A DNA stretch of 63,102 bases, filler included, from Chiloscyllium plagiosum (taxonomy: Eukaryota), in the NCBI RefSeq assembly GCF_004010195.1. It is 5 parts of one record of this genome, joined end to end, with 100 filler letters (N's around TTAATTAATTAA, not from the genome) between each part and the next. Parts side by side here need not be neighbours in the genome. Positions count along the whole stretch, not along the records: positions 1 to 22,712 come from NC_057717.1; 4 more parts are not named here. One strand, given 5' to 3'. The notes beneath the pieces are model-generated. The model worked only from the letters and a program-made list of their open reading frames with translations. It was not told the DNA's origin and made no database searches. Numbering within the stretch: the stretch's first letter is position 1; every line of letters begins with the position of its first letter. A program made the position numbers and the translations under genes. Shown here piece by piece: positions 1 to 11,310 of the stretch.

Positions 1-460
1 TGGTGGGAATGGGGTGGAGTCATGAGTAGGGGTAGTGTTCCCCTCAGGGTTCTGGGGGCGGGGATGATGACAGTGGTATCTGTTGGGGCGTGTCAGCAGA
101 ATGCAGGTGAGTGGCGTTGGTGGGGGCGGAAGTAGTGGTGACCATGGCAATGGCGGGGGCAGAAGTCAAAAAGTGTGTGACATCAGCGATGATGTGAGGG
201 GCGGAAGTGATGTCAAGTGTGGTGCATGAGGAATTGTGAGGGGTGGAGGTGGCTGTGGGAGTGGCCATGATGGGGGCGGAAGTGACATCATCAATCAGCG
301 TGGGGGTGGCAGCTGCAGTAGCCGCATGGCTAATGACGTCCGAGCAGTTCCAGAGGCCAGGGGAATTTCCGGGAATGTTTGAGGAGCGCTGGTTATGGAG
401 GTGGGTAGGTAAACGTTTGTTGTACTTACAGTTTTTGATGATTGAGATGGAGTTGAATTA
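1..460 (-). mobile_element. Penelope-like element, inverted 5'/N-terminal fragment (low-complexity T/S/P-rich region)
   Basis: The minus strand reads ...FNSISIIKNCKYNKRLPTHLHNQRSSNIP followed by TTSAP-type repeats. It abuts an oppositely oriented GIY-YIG/pLTR fragment, the inverted layout typical of Penelope-like insertions. Confidence 0.5.
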
Positions 461-465
461 TCTCC

Positions 466-962
466 TAGAACATCTCCAGGACACCCGCACCAATCAACCA
501 CACCGCTCTGTGGCCCAACCTTTCAACTCTCCCTCCCACTCTGCCAAGGACATAGAGGTCCTGGGCCTCCTTCATCGCTGCTCCCTCACTACCAGGCGCC
601 TGGAGGAAGAACGTCTCATCTTCCACCTCGGAACACTTCAACCCCAGGGCATCAATTGTGGACCTCAACAGTTTCCTCATTTCCCATTCCCCCACCTCAC
701 CCCAGTTCCAAACTTCCAGTTCAGCACTGTCCCCATAACTTGTCCTACCTGCCTATCTTCTTTTCCACCTATCCACTCCACCCTTACCCCACTCAGCTAT
801 TGTACTCTATGCTACTTTCTCCCCACCCTCACCCTCCTCTCATTATCTCTCCACCTTTCAGGCTCTCTGCCTGGATTCCTGATAAAGGGCTTTTGCCCGG
901 AACCTCGATTTTACTGCTCCTCAGATGCTGCCTGAACTGCTGTGCTCTTCCAGCACCACTAA
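466..962 (+). mobile_element. Penelope-like element 3' end: C-terminal part of the GIY-YIG endonuclease plus pseudo-LTR
   Basis: EHLQDTRTNQPHRSVAQPFNSPSHSAKDIEVLGLLH...RRLEEERLIFHLGTLQPQGIN is followed by a pLTR with a decayed hammerhead (874-911) and the tail GATGCTGCCTGAACTGCTGTGCTCTTCCAGCA. Confidence 0.8.
874..911 (+). ncRNA. Degenerate minimal type I hammerhead ribozyme motif (core mutated)
   Basis: GATTC-CTGATAA-A-GGGC-TTTT-GCCC-GGAA-CCTC-GATTT: stem II is intact, but the core deviates from CTGATGA/GAAA/GTC. Confidence 0.5.
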
Positions 963-965
963 TCT

Positions 966-1250
966 AGCCTCCAGTCTGACAAGCTTCCTTCCACTAAACC
1001 CTCTGCTTCCTACCATCAAGCCAACTGTGTATCCAATTGGTCTGTTCCCCCAGCATTTCGCGTGATGTAACCTTCCAGAGCAGCCTGCCATGTGGAACCT
1101 TATCAAATGCCTTACTGAAATCCATGGAGACTACGTCTACCGCTCTGACCTCGTCAACCTTCCTGGTCACTTCATCAAAGAACTCTAACAAATTTGGGAA
1201 GCCATGATCTCCCACTCACAAGTCTATGATGACTGCTCCGAATCAAACTC
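966..1250 (-). mobile_element. CR1/HER1-like LINE reverse transcriptase fragment
   Basis: NLLEFFDEVTRKVDEVRAVDVVSMDFSKAFDKVPHGRLLWKV (RT motif DFSKAFD). Confidence 0.85.
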
Positions 1251-2176
1251 TGTTTAAGTAATGGGTGCAGACAATTGTATGCTGTCCTTCATTGTAAGAT
1301 TATTCGAGTACATCAGTAAAGCCATCTTCCTACTGTTGTAGAGCCTTGCTGAGAGAGCATTAGGAGCACTCTGTACAGATTTGATCTCCTTTGTAAGGAA
1401 TGATCTCCTTACCACAGCCACGGGTGATGGTAACATGAGGATAGAGTAAAGAAGCTGATTGTTTAATCTGTAGAGCTGTGAGAGATGAAGAAATGGTGCT
1501 GCTGATACACGAGGAGTGGCAGCGATCACTTATTTCCAAAAGAGACATTGACAGAGAGCGAAATTCCATACTTTACCCAGGATTGATTGGTTTGATTTAT
1601 TGCGACGTGTACCTCAGTACAGGGATAAATTTTATTCATGAGCAGTGGAGGAAGATCATAGTAAGCATGGCCAGACAGATCATAGGGTAGAAATAGACTT
1701 GGACAGAGTAAGGCATTCAGGTTACACTGAACAGGACGTGCACTAGACAAGATCAACATGAACACGGTCAGCATTATTTGAACATAGAGAGTCCATTCAT
1801 CAGTCTAACATGACTTTCCTAATAGTTTATATGCCTTAATTAACTCTCCCCATGTTATTGTGCAGTCAGCGTGTGACCCTGTACTGAACGCCATGTTGCT
1901 CACAATCCCCAACAGCAGCCACAATACCTTCATTCTGAATCAGGTAGCTATTTCCACCAACTTCCACCCTACGTAGAAAACACCAGGCTGTCTTCTCCGA
2001 GATGAAAGGTGCCTTCTTGAGACTTCAAACAAGACATATGGCTTCCCTGTTCACCACTAGAAAACCACGTTAAAGTCCCACGTGAGTATCATGAGCAACG
2101 GAGCCACCTGGAACAGCATGGAACAGTCTGTCTGTGCAGCCTCTGCTCCACTTGTTCATCATGTTAGAGCATCAAT

Positions 2177-2308
2177 CTGGAGACACTTAAGACTGCTGAT
2201 GCTGGAGATCAGAGTAGAGCGTCGATTGCTGGAAAAGCACAGCAGGTCAGGCAGCATCCGAGAAGCGGGAGAATCAACGTTTCGGGCATAAGCCATTCAT
2301 CAGGAATC
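2177..2308 (-). mobile_element. 132-bp hammerhead-headed Penelope-pLTR-derived mini-element with 9-bp TSD
   Basis: Flanked by direct repeats AGCATCAAT (2168-2176 and 2309-2317). Its 5' end on the minus strand begins exactly at hammerhead stem I. Confidence 0.75.
2271..2308 (-). ncRNA. Minimal type I hammerhead ribozyme motif
   Basis: Minus strand: GATTC-CTGATGA-A-TGGC-TTAT-GCCC-GAAA-CGTT-GATTC. The core is intact and the cleavage triplet is GUU. Confidence 0.65.
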
Positions 2309-2484
2309 AGCATCAATTACCTCATTCTGCCCCCGTGTAAGTGCGTTGAGGTGGGAATGGTCTCCTACTGTTCCTGTATAAGTGACTCAAGGGACTGACT
2401 GGCTTCTTCCTCGTCCAATTGGACAGGGCCGAGGGCCTGACTGGTTACCCCTGGTTCCTGTTTGAAAGTCATTGTACTGACTAG

Positions 2485-3093
2485 TGTGACAATGCTGCAG
2501 CTTTAAGAGGTTATTTTGTCCTGGTTTCTTTTAAGGGAGAGATTGAACGATCGTTACCAAGCTGGCTACTGGCTACTTAAGACCACTTGAGTGAACAGCT
2601 AGCGAGGACTTAGATTTATTTTAATGTAGCCTGAATGGGTGTGGCCAACTCTCACAGATTAGGATCTCTGATTTTTGGTTTCTCAGTAACATCAAAACCT
2701 ATAGGGGTCTCCACAGAGTTGGAAGCTTCAGGTAATGTCTCCTGGCTGCTACTCTCTCTGAATTTTCTCTTGATGCTGTTTTCAATTCCTGAATTTTCCT
2801 TTTTGCCAATGGCTGTGTTTATGAGAATTTCCTAAGTTGGACTATGTTCATTAGTAATAGCTCCTAGATCTATTATTCTGTTAAGTTTTCCAATACAATT
2901 ACGTTATTCAAAATTCCTCTTTCTTTGGTTTCATCGTATCTTTCATGTTTAAGTAGATGGTGTTTTGCTTCACGCTGAGTAGTTTGACCAGCCACATTGC
3001 ATCTGGAACAGACACTTTACATTTCCTTTAAAATAAGAAAACATTAGAGTCTAGGCTACTGCCTTCCAATATTTTCTAGTGTGGTCCATCACA
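2485..3093 (+). mobile_element. Solo LTR
   Basis: Termini TGTGA...TCACA with a 4-bp TSD CTAG on both sides (2481-84, 3094-97). An inverted paralog lies at 47936-48546. Confidence 0.78.
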
Positions 3094-4574
3094 CTAGACT
3101 CCTTCTCTTCCTGAATAATAGGCTGGAGGCACTGAATGGGCTGTCCTGTTCTTCTCCAATAGTGTCAATGGGCTGAATAGATTCCTCATATTCCTGTGAA
3201 ACCAGCGTGAGGTGCTGAATGAACTCTTGTTTAACTGTGGCAATGTGCAGTGTACGGCAGTGCTGTTCCATGAATGTTATGGACCCTTTAACAGCACACG
3301 CCTCAATGGAGTCTGGGTCTTGCTGCACATGGACACATACCAGTTCAGGAGCTGACGGGGGATAAAATGTTCTGAACATTGTGGAATCTTAGTGACCATC
3401 CCCACTTCTGATCTTATGGTGGGGAGGGTGGTGGCAGGGAGACATTGATGAAGCAGCTGAAGATGCTGTGAAGAGGAGATTACGCTGAGGTTCTCCCGCA
3501 GAGCTGACACAGGAATGAGATGATGAACATCTTCATTTGTGCCATGTTTGATTCCAAACACTGGAGAGTTTACTCTGATTCCCATTAAGTCCAGTTTTGT
3601 TAAGCTCCTTGATGTCAACAGAAGTCAACCACTGCCAGTCATTATTATCTGAACCCTTGTGTCAACCTCTTTAGTTCATATCAATAGGCCATGGGATAGG
3701 AGCAGCACAGGTTTTCTTCAAACAGGTGGTGTTGAATGTCAGGATTTCTCTTCTCAAGAGTGTTGGGTATCTAAATGACTGAAAGTATTTGAAGAGGAGG
3801 TAGGAGGATATTGACCTATCAGAGAGGTGAGGGCTATGAGGAATTGGGTATGAAAGAGGATTTGAGACCAAGAGCAGATCAGTCATGATCTTAGTGAAGG
3901 GCAAAGCTGGTTTGGGGAGTGAACGACATGCCAATGTTTCTGATGTTCTCGCGTTCTGTTATTGGAAAGTTAGTGGGTGTTATTTTCATGAATGTTCTGT
4001 TATTGAATGTTGCAAACAGGGAGACCAGATGATTTTGTGAGCCCTCCCTGAGTGAGGTATGGGGGCTGTATTCACAGTGAATCTGGGTCTGCAACATAAC
4101 CAACAAATGAAACACAAGTTGTAGAGACAGGAAGCTCTGTAAAGAGAGATGAGGGGCCTCTTTCATACCCAGCCTGGGTTTTCCAATTACATTTCCCAAA
4201 TCACCTCAAAGCGTGTGGGAAAGTCTTGTGGACCGAATGGTCTCCTCAGTTTCTGTGCAACAGGTTATAGGAGTAAGTCGTCTCCAACTGCTCCTGTCTA
4301 GCAGGTATGAGGGGCAGAATGGAACACAGGAACAAGGTACTGAGGAGCAGGAGTGGGTCATCAGACACTTTGTGCCTTCTCCATCAGGCACTAAGATTGT
4401 GGCTGATCAGGTTGTGGACTCAGCCCCACTTTCCTGTCTCCATCCCATTATGCATGACTCACTTCTCTGTCAAATATTTACCGAACACACTTTTCAATCA
4501 ATATGAACATAGAGGCACAATAAACTTCCAGCGAAGAGAATTCTGACTTGAAAGGTCCTTTCAGAATTTTTCGT

Positions 4575-6035
4575 CATCTCTCTTATAGAATCAGAGAGTT
4601 ATGCAGAACGGAAACAGACCCGTTAGTCCAATCTGTTCACTCCGATCAGATATCAAATCTGATCCAGTCCTATTTGCCAGCATTTGGCCAATATCCCTCC
4701 TCTTTCAGATACTTTTTAAATGTGCGATTGTAACCGCCTTCACCACTTCCTCTGACAGCACTTTCTGTACACACACCACTCTCTGTGTGAAATATTTACC
4801 TTCAGGTCCTTTCTAAATTAATCGCCCTCTCCCCTCCAATCTATGCCCTCTTGTTCTGGACTCCCCTATCCTGGGGAGCAGAGCGTGGCTGTTCAGAATA
4901 TCCATGCCCCTGATGGTTTTATAAACCTCAATAATGTCACCCCTCAACCTCTGACACTCCAGGGGGAAACACCTCAACCTAATCAACATCTCCCTAAAGC
5001 TCAAACCTCCATTTCTGGAACATCTGTGTAAGTCATTTACGCAGAAACCCGAGTTGTAGCAGTATTCTTAAAGTGGCCTTACCAACATCCTGTACAGAAA
5101 CAACATACCACCACAACCCCTATACTCAATGCTCTGACTGATTAAGGCAAATGTGCCAAATGTGTTCTGCACCACATTGTCTACCTGCGACTCTAATTTC
5201 AAGGAACAATGCACCTGCAGCCCGATGCCCCTTTGTTTCACAACATGCCCCAGGACCTGACCATGAAGTATATAATGTCTGCCCTGATTTGCCTTCCAAA
5301 GATGCAAAGCTTCATTTTTATCTAAATTAATCTTCATCTGTTACTCCTTGCCCCTTTGTCCCATCTAATTGCGGTCTTGTTGTACTCTGAGATTATCTAC
5401 TACACCACCTTTCTAATGTCACCTGTATACTTACTAACTATGGCCCCAATATTCACATCTAAATCCTTTACATAAATGATGAAATGCAGTGAACTCAGTA
5501 CTGATTCTTGCAAAGTGAGAGGTGGAAAGTTTAAGGGGGATACACGCGGTACGTACTTCACACAGAGGGTGGTGGGCATTTGGAACGCGTTGCTAGTAGA
5601 GGTGGTAGAGGCAGGCACAGTCGATTCATTTAAGATGCGTTTGGACAGATGCATGAGTCGGTGGGGAGCAGAGGGATACAGATTCTTAGGAATTGTCCGA
5701 CAGATTTAAACAGTACATTTGGATCGGCTCAGGCTTGGAGGGCGAAGGGCCTGTTCCTGGGATGTAAATTTTCTTTGGTCTTTGTTGTTTAAATGAACAC
5801 CTTGCTGAGGTCCATATAGACAATGTCTACCAAACAGCCTTCATCAATCTTCTTTGTCACCTCTTCAAAAAACTCAACCAAATTAATGAGACATGATTTT
5901 CCATGCAGAAAGCCACGTTGTCTACTCCGATCAGCCCTTGCCTTCCCAAATATATGTAAATCATGTCCCTCAGAATCCCCTCCAACAACTTACCCACGAC
6001 TGCCATCAGGCTCACCGGTCGAAAGTTTCCCGACT
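4575..6035 (-). mobile_element. Decayed CR1/HER1-like LINE 3' half, with a nested +-strand CR1 3' end at ~5513-5790
   Basis: Minus-strand peptides LECQRLRGDIIEVYK, KCEVLHF-like and AFISQSIEYR. The nested piece reads FTQRVVGIWNAL..VVEAG. Confidence 0.75.
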
Positions 6036-6552
6036 TTTTGGATCACTATTTCCTTTTCTCGTCCCACCCCTCCATTGCTCACAACAAATGTTAAATGTAA
6101 CCAGGTTGGTGAGATGGCCGATGATATCGGTCTCAGGTTGGGTCAGGGTCAGTTTTTGGAACAAGTCAGGCTAGTTTCTTTAATCTGCTAAAACAACACG
6201 TTTATGATCCAGAGCAATGTTACTCAAGCTATGATGGAAAGATAAATGGCAAACTGTTTGGGTATTGCAATTATATAATCAATATTTCCCTTTCTAAAAA
6301 TGCTGACACACACATACACACAATCTCTGCAATTTTAACTTGAGAGAACTTGGTCCAAATATTACTGGAACTCATGACAAAGGAAAAATTGTGAGATTGT
6401 CCAAAACGTTATTCTGCTTCTGAAGATATTGTACTCACACAGCTGCTAGCAATGGGATTTCATCCTGGGAGAGTTTGGATTTGGCTGAATTCCCTTTGCT
6501 TTAGGCAGTGAGTAGATTCCAGTGAATTCTGGTCAGGGATCACCCAAAGGTT

Positions 6553-6852
6553 AGCACGGTGGTTAGCACTGCTGCCTCACAGCACCAGGGACTTGGGGTC
6601 GATTCCAGCCTTGGGTGACTGTCTGTGTGGAGTTTGCACATTCTCCCCTTGTCTGTGTGAGCTTCTAATGGGTGATCCAGTTTCCTACCACAAACTGTGT
6701 AGGTTCGGTGGATTGGTCATGCTAAATTGTCCGTAGTGTTCAGGGATCTCTAGGTTATGTGCAATTGTCAGGGGTAAATATAGGGAAATGTGTTGGGAAG
6801 GTTGGTATGGACTTGTTGGGTCAAAGGGCCTTTTTCAACACTGCAGGGATTC
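6553..6852 (+). mobile_element. Old HE1-like tRNA/V-SINE
   Basis: GGTTAGCACTGCTGCCTCACAGC head, GGGTCGATTCC B-box and GTGTGGAGTTTGCAC core. Confidence 0.8.
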
Positions 6853-9109
6853 CATAAAAATAAGAATGGTAACGATGACTGTAGAGTTTTTTTTTAGTTC
6901 GCACACATTGCAGTGATGAGGTACAATGAAGGAGAGAGAGTGCAATAGGCCATTCCTTCTCGAACAGATTACATTTTCTCCCTCTCTGAGTTGAATCACA
7001 CAGTAATGTCATCATCTCCCAAACGGGACCATGTGAGGTCTCCTTGTACATTGTCCAAACTATGTCTCCATCACATTCCCTGCTCCATGTAGGTGCATCA
7101 TTGCTGCTGTCAGACACAGAGCCATACACTTCGCAGAAAACGGTCTCGGTCAATTTGAAGATATGTTTATATGTCCCTGCGTCATTAAAAATAAAATGTT
7201 TAATTTATTCAGAATACCTGTGTTAAACTGAATGCACTTTTTAAAGAAATACAGAAATTGCTGGAAAAGCTCGCCAGGTCTCTCAGTACCCAGGTGCTGT
7301 AGTTGTACCAGCCTCCACCACTTCCTTGGCAGCTCATTCCATACGCACACCACCCTCTGTGTGAAATGGTGCACCTTAGGCCTCATCAAAAAATTTCCCC
7401 TCTCCCTTTCCACCAATGCCCTCTAGTTTTGGACGCCCCTAACCTGGGGAAAAACCCCTGACTACTCACCTTATACATGGCCATTTTGATTTTATAAACC
7501 TTTACTGCTGCAAAATATGACTCCAATCAACACGAATGGCTGTACGTTCAGTCATCCTGGGCCTAAATTCTGAAATGCAGTAAACACCTCTTCCTTCTCC
7601 ATCAAATCACAATTCTAAATCCATTTTAATCAGTTTGTTCAGATGTATCCTGAGACACTTCTGTGGGCTTTACGTCTGGACCTTTGTGCCCGGAGGTGGG
7701 GATACTAGCATTACTCAGCAGTACCCATAAATCTGTAACAGTATTCGCCTGTGTGTTTGTTCATCAGCCTGTTCTGACATGCTGGGACATACGTCTGCAA
7801 CAGGCAGGACTTGAATCCAGGCCTTCTAGTCCAGAGCTAAGAACACNNNNNNNNNNNNNNNNNNNNNNNNNNNNNNNNNNNNNNNNNNNNNNNNNNNNNN
7901 NNNNNNNNNNNNNNNNNNNNNNNNNNNNNNNNNNNNNNNNNNNNNNNNNNNNNNNNNNNNNNNNNNNNNNNNNNNNNNNNNNNNNNNNNNNNNNNNNNNN
8001 NNNNNNNNNNNNNNNNNNNNNNNNNNNNNNNNNNNNNNNNNNNNNNNNNNNNNNNNNNNNNNNNNNNNNNNNNNNNNNNNNNNNNNNNNNNNNNNNNNNN
8101 NNNNNNNNNNNNNNNNNNNNNNNNNNNNNNNNNNNNNNNNNNNNNNNNNNNNNNNNNNNNNNNNNNNNNNNNNNNNNNNNNNNNNNNNNNNNNNNNNNNN
8201 NNNNNNNNNNNNNNNNNNNNNNNNNNNNNNNNNNNNNNNNNNNNNNNNNNNNNNNNNNNNNNNNNNNNNNNNNNNNNNNNNNNNNNNNNNNNNNNNNNNN
8301 NNNNNNNNNNNNNNNNNNNNNNNNNNNNNNNNNNNNNNNNNNNNNNTTGATCTGTCAGAGAGTTGATGGCAATGAAGAATTGGGTATAAAAGATTATTTG
8401 AGACCAAGAGCAGATCAGTCATGATCTTCCTGAAGTGCAAGGCAGGCTTGGGAGGTGAAACATGTCCCTGTTTCTGATGTTCTCACATTCTGTTATTGGA
8501 ATGTTAGTGGGTGTTATTTTCATTTATGTTCTGGTCTTGCATATTGCAGTCAGGGAGACCAGACGATTTTGTGATCCATTGCTTGGTGAGGTAGGTGGGC
8601 TGTATTCACAGTGAAACTGGGTCTACAACATTGCCAACAAATGGAGCACAAATTGCGGAAAGGGGAAGGTTTGCAAAGTGAGATGAAGGGCCTCTTTCAT
8701 ACCCAGCTTGGATTTTCCAATTACATTTCCCAAATCACCTCAAAGCGTGTGTGACAGTTTTGAGAGGCTGGGTGGTCTCCTCTGTTTCTTTGCACCAGGT
8801 TATATGAGTAAGTGGCCTCCAACTACGCCTGTCTAGCAGGTTTGAGCGGCTCAATGGAACACAGAAACATGGGACTGAGGAATAGGAGTAGGTCATTAGA
8901 TACTTTGAGCCTTCTCCACCAGGAACTACGATTGTGGCTGATCAGGTCTTAGCCCTACTTTCCTCTTTGCATCCCATTATGCATGACTCATTTCTCTGTC
9001 AAATATTTAACTAACGCAGCTTTCAATCAATGTGAACATAGAGGCACGATAAACTTCCAGTGAAGAGAATTCCGCCTTGAAAGGACCTTTCCGAATTTTT
9101 ATTCACACC

Positions 9110-10530
9110 TCTTATAGGATCAGCGAGTCATGCAGAACGGAAACAGACCCGTAAGTCCAATCTGTTCACTCCTATCAGATATGAAGTCTGATCTCGTCCC
9201 ATTTGCCAGCATTTGGCTAATATCCCTCCTCTCAGAAAGATTTTAAACGTGCGATTGTAACCGCCTTCACCACTTCCTCTGACAGCATTTTCTGTACACA
9301 CACCACTCTCTGTGTGAAACATTTAACTTCAGGTCCCTCCTAAATCAATCCCCCTCTCGCCTTCAACCTATGCCCTTTTGTTCTGGACTCCCTTAATCTG
9401 GGGAGCAGAGCGTGGCTGTTCAGAATATCCATCCTCCTGGTTTTATCAACATCTATAATGTCACCCCTCAACCTCTGACACTCCAGGGGGACACACCCCA
9501 ACCTAATCAACCTCTCCGTAAAGCTCAAACCTCCAGAACTGGAACTTCTGTGTAAGTAATTTCTGCAGAAAACTGAGTTGTACGCAGTATTCTTAAAGTG
9601 GCCTCACCAACATCCTGTACGGATGCAACATGCCACCACAACTCCTATATTCAATGCTCTGACTGATGAAGGCAAATGTGCCAAATGTGTTCTATACCAC
9701 TCTGTCTACCTGCGATTCCACTTTCAAGGAACAATACACCTGCAGCCCTATCCCTTTGTTCCACAACACTCCCCAGGACCTGACCATTAAGTGTATAATT
9801 TCTGCCCTGATTTGCCTTCCCAAAATACAAAACCTCGTAATTATCTAAATTAAACTTCATCTGTCACTCCTTACCCCTTTGTCCCATCTGATTGTTGTCT
9901 TGTTGTATTCTGAGATAATCCACTACACCACCTTTCTGATGTCATCTGTAACCTTACTAACTATGTCCCCAATATTCACATCTAAATCCTTGACATAAAT
10001 GATGAAATGTTGTGAACTCAGTACTGATTCTTAAAGCACACTGCTACTCACAAGCCTCCAGTCTGAAAAATATCCCTCTTTCTTCAAGCCAATTGTGACT
10101 AGCTTCCTCTGCATTCCACGTGACCGAAACTTTCTAATCTCTCTACCAATCAGAACGAAATACTAGCTATCAGAGAGGTTGAGTAGGTTAGGTTTATTTT
10201 CACTAGATAAAAGGAGATTGAGGGGGGACCTGATTGAGGGCCTCTTCCTGGGCTGTAAATTTTCTTTCTCCTTTGTCCTTTAAATGAACACCTTGCTGAA
10301 GTCCAGAGAGACAATGTCTACCAAACTGCCTTCATCAGTCTTCTTTGTCACCTCTTCATAAAACTCAACCTAATTTATGAGACATGATTTCCCATGCAGA
10401 AAGCCACTTTGTCTACGCTGATGAGCCCTTAACTTCCAAAATGTATGAAAATGCTGTACCTGAGAATCCCCTCCAATAACTTACCCACCACTGACATCAG
10501 GCTCACCGCTCTATAGTTCCCAGACTTTTG
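9110..10530 (-). mobile_element. Decayed CR1/HER1-like LINE (paralog of 4575-6035)
   Basis: Peptides MKFNLDNYEVLYFGKANQGRNYTLNG and LECQRLRGDII. Confidence 0.75.
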
Positions 10531-11016
10531 GGGTCACTGTTTCCTTTTCTCATCCCACTCCTCCACCGCTCACAACAAATGTTAAATGTAACCAGGTTGG
10601 TGATATTGCCGATGATATCGGTCTCAAACTGGGTCAGGGTCAGTTTTAGGAACAAGTCAGGCTACTTTCTTTACTCTGCTAAAACAACACGTTTATGATC
10701 CAGAGCAATGTTACTCAAACTATGATGGAATGACGAATGGCAAACTGTTTGGATATTGCAAATATATAATCAATATTTCCCTTTCTAAACACGCACACAC
10801 ACACAGCAATTTTATTTTGTCCAGATATTATTGTAACACATGACAAAGGAAAAATTGCAAGATTGTCCAAAACGTTATTCTGCTTCTGAAGATATTGTAC
10901 TCACACAGCTGCTAGCAATGGGATTTCATCCGAGGAGAGTTGTATTTGGTTGAATTCCCTTTGCTTTAGGCAGTGAGTAGATTCCAACGGATTCTCGGCA
11001 GGGATCACCCAACGAG

Positions 11017-11310
11017 TAGCACGCTGGTTAGCACTGCTGCCTCACAGCACCAGAGACTTGGGTTCGATTCCAGCCTTCAGTGACTGCCTTTGTGGAGTTT
11101 GTACGTTCTCCACTTTTCTGTGTGTACTTCTAATGGGTGATCCAGTTTCCTACCACAGCTCAATTAGGTGGATTGGTCATACTAAATTGTCTGTAGTGTT
11201 CATGGATTTCTAGGTTACGTGCATTAGTCAGGGGTTTATATTGGGAAATGGGTTGGGAAGGTTGGTATGGACTTGTTGGGCCGAAGGGCCTGTTTCAACA
11301 CTGCAGGGCA
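11017..11310 (+). mobile_element. Old HE1-like SINE (paralog of 6553-6852)
   Basis: tRNA-like head with GGGTTCGATTCC B-box and GGGCCGAAGGGCCTGTTTC tail. Confidence 0.8.

Larger units (their letters stand above)
966..3351 (+). repeat. Segmental duplication block A, copy 1 (inverted paralog at 47676-50052)
   Basis: Colinear reverse-complement match across an RT fragment, unique sequence, the hammerhead mini-element and a solo LTR. Confidence 0.9.
3811..7846 (+). repeat. Tandem segmental duplication block B, copy 1
   Basis: Colinear with 8347-12302 from TTGA(C/T)CT(A/G)TCAGAGAG to AGTCCAGAGC..GAACAC. Confidence 0.9.

Noticed and set aside
120..300. Repeated GGGGCGGAAGT (ETS/Sp1-like) motifs and CATCATCAAT resembling an adenoviral terminus or promoter
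   Set aside because: Better explained as the antisense of TSAP-coding low-complexity sequence in a Penelope-like fragment; no viral genes are present.
243..935. 230-aa ORF as a host gene
   Set aside because: It is a chimeric read-through across the junction of two oppositely oriented Penelope-like fragments; only the GIY-YIG tail is meaningful.
7663..8440. Long ORFs spanning N runs (also 47010-47809 and 58650-59331)
   Set aside because: Their length comes from translated Ns.
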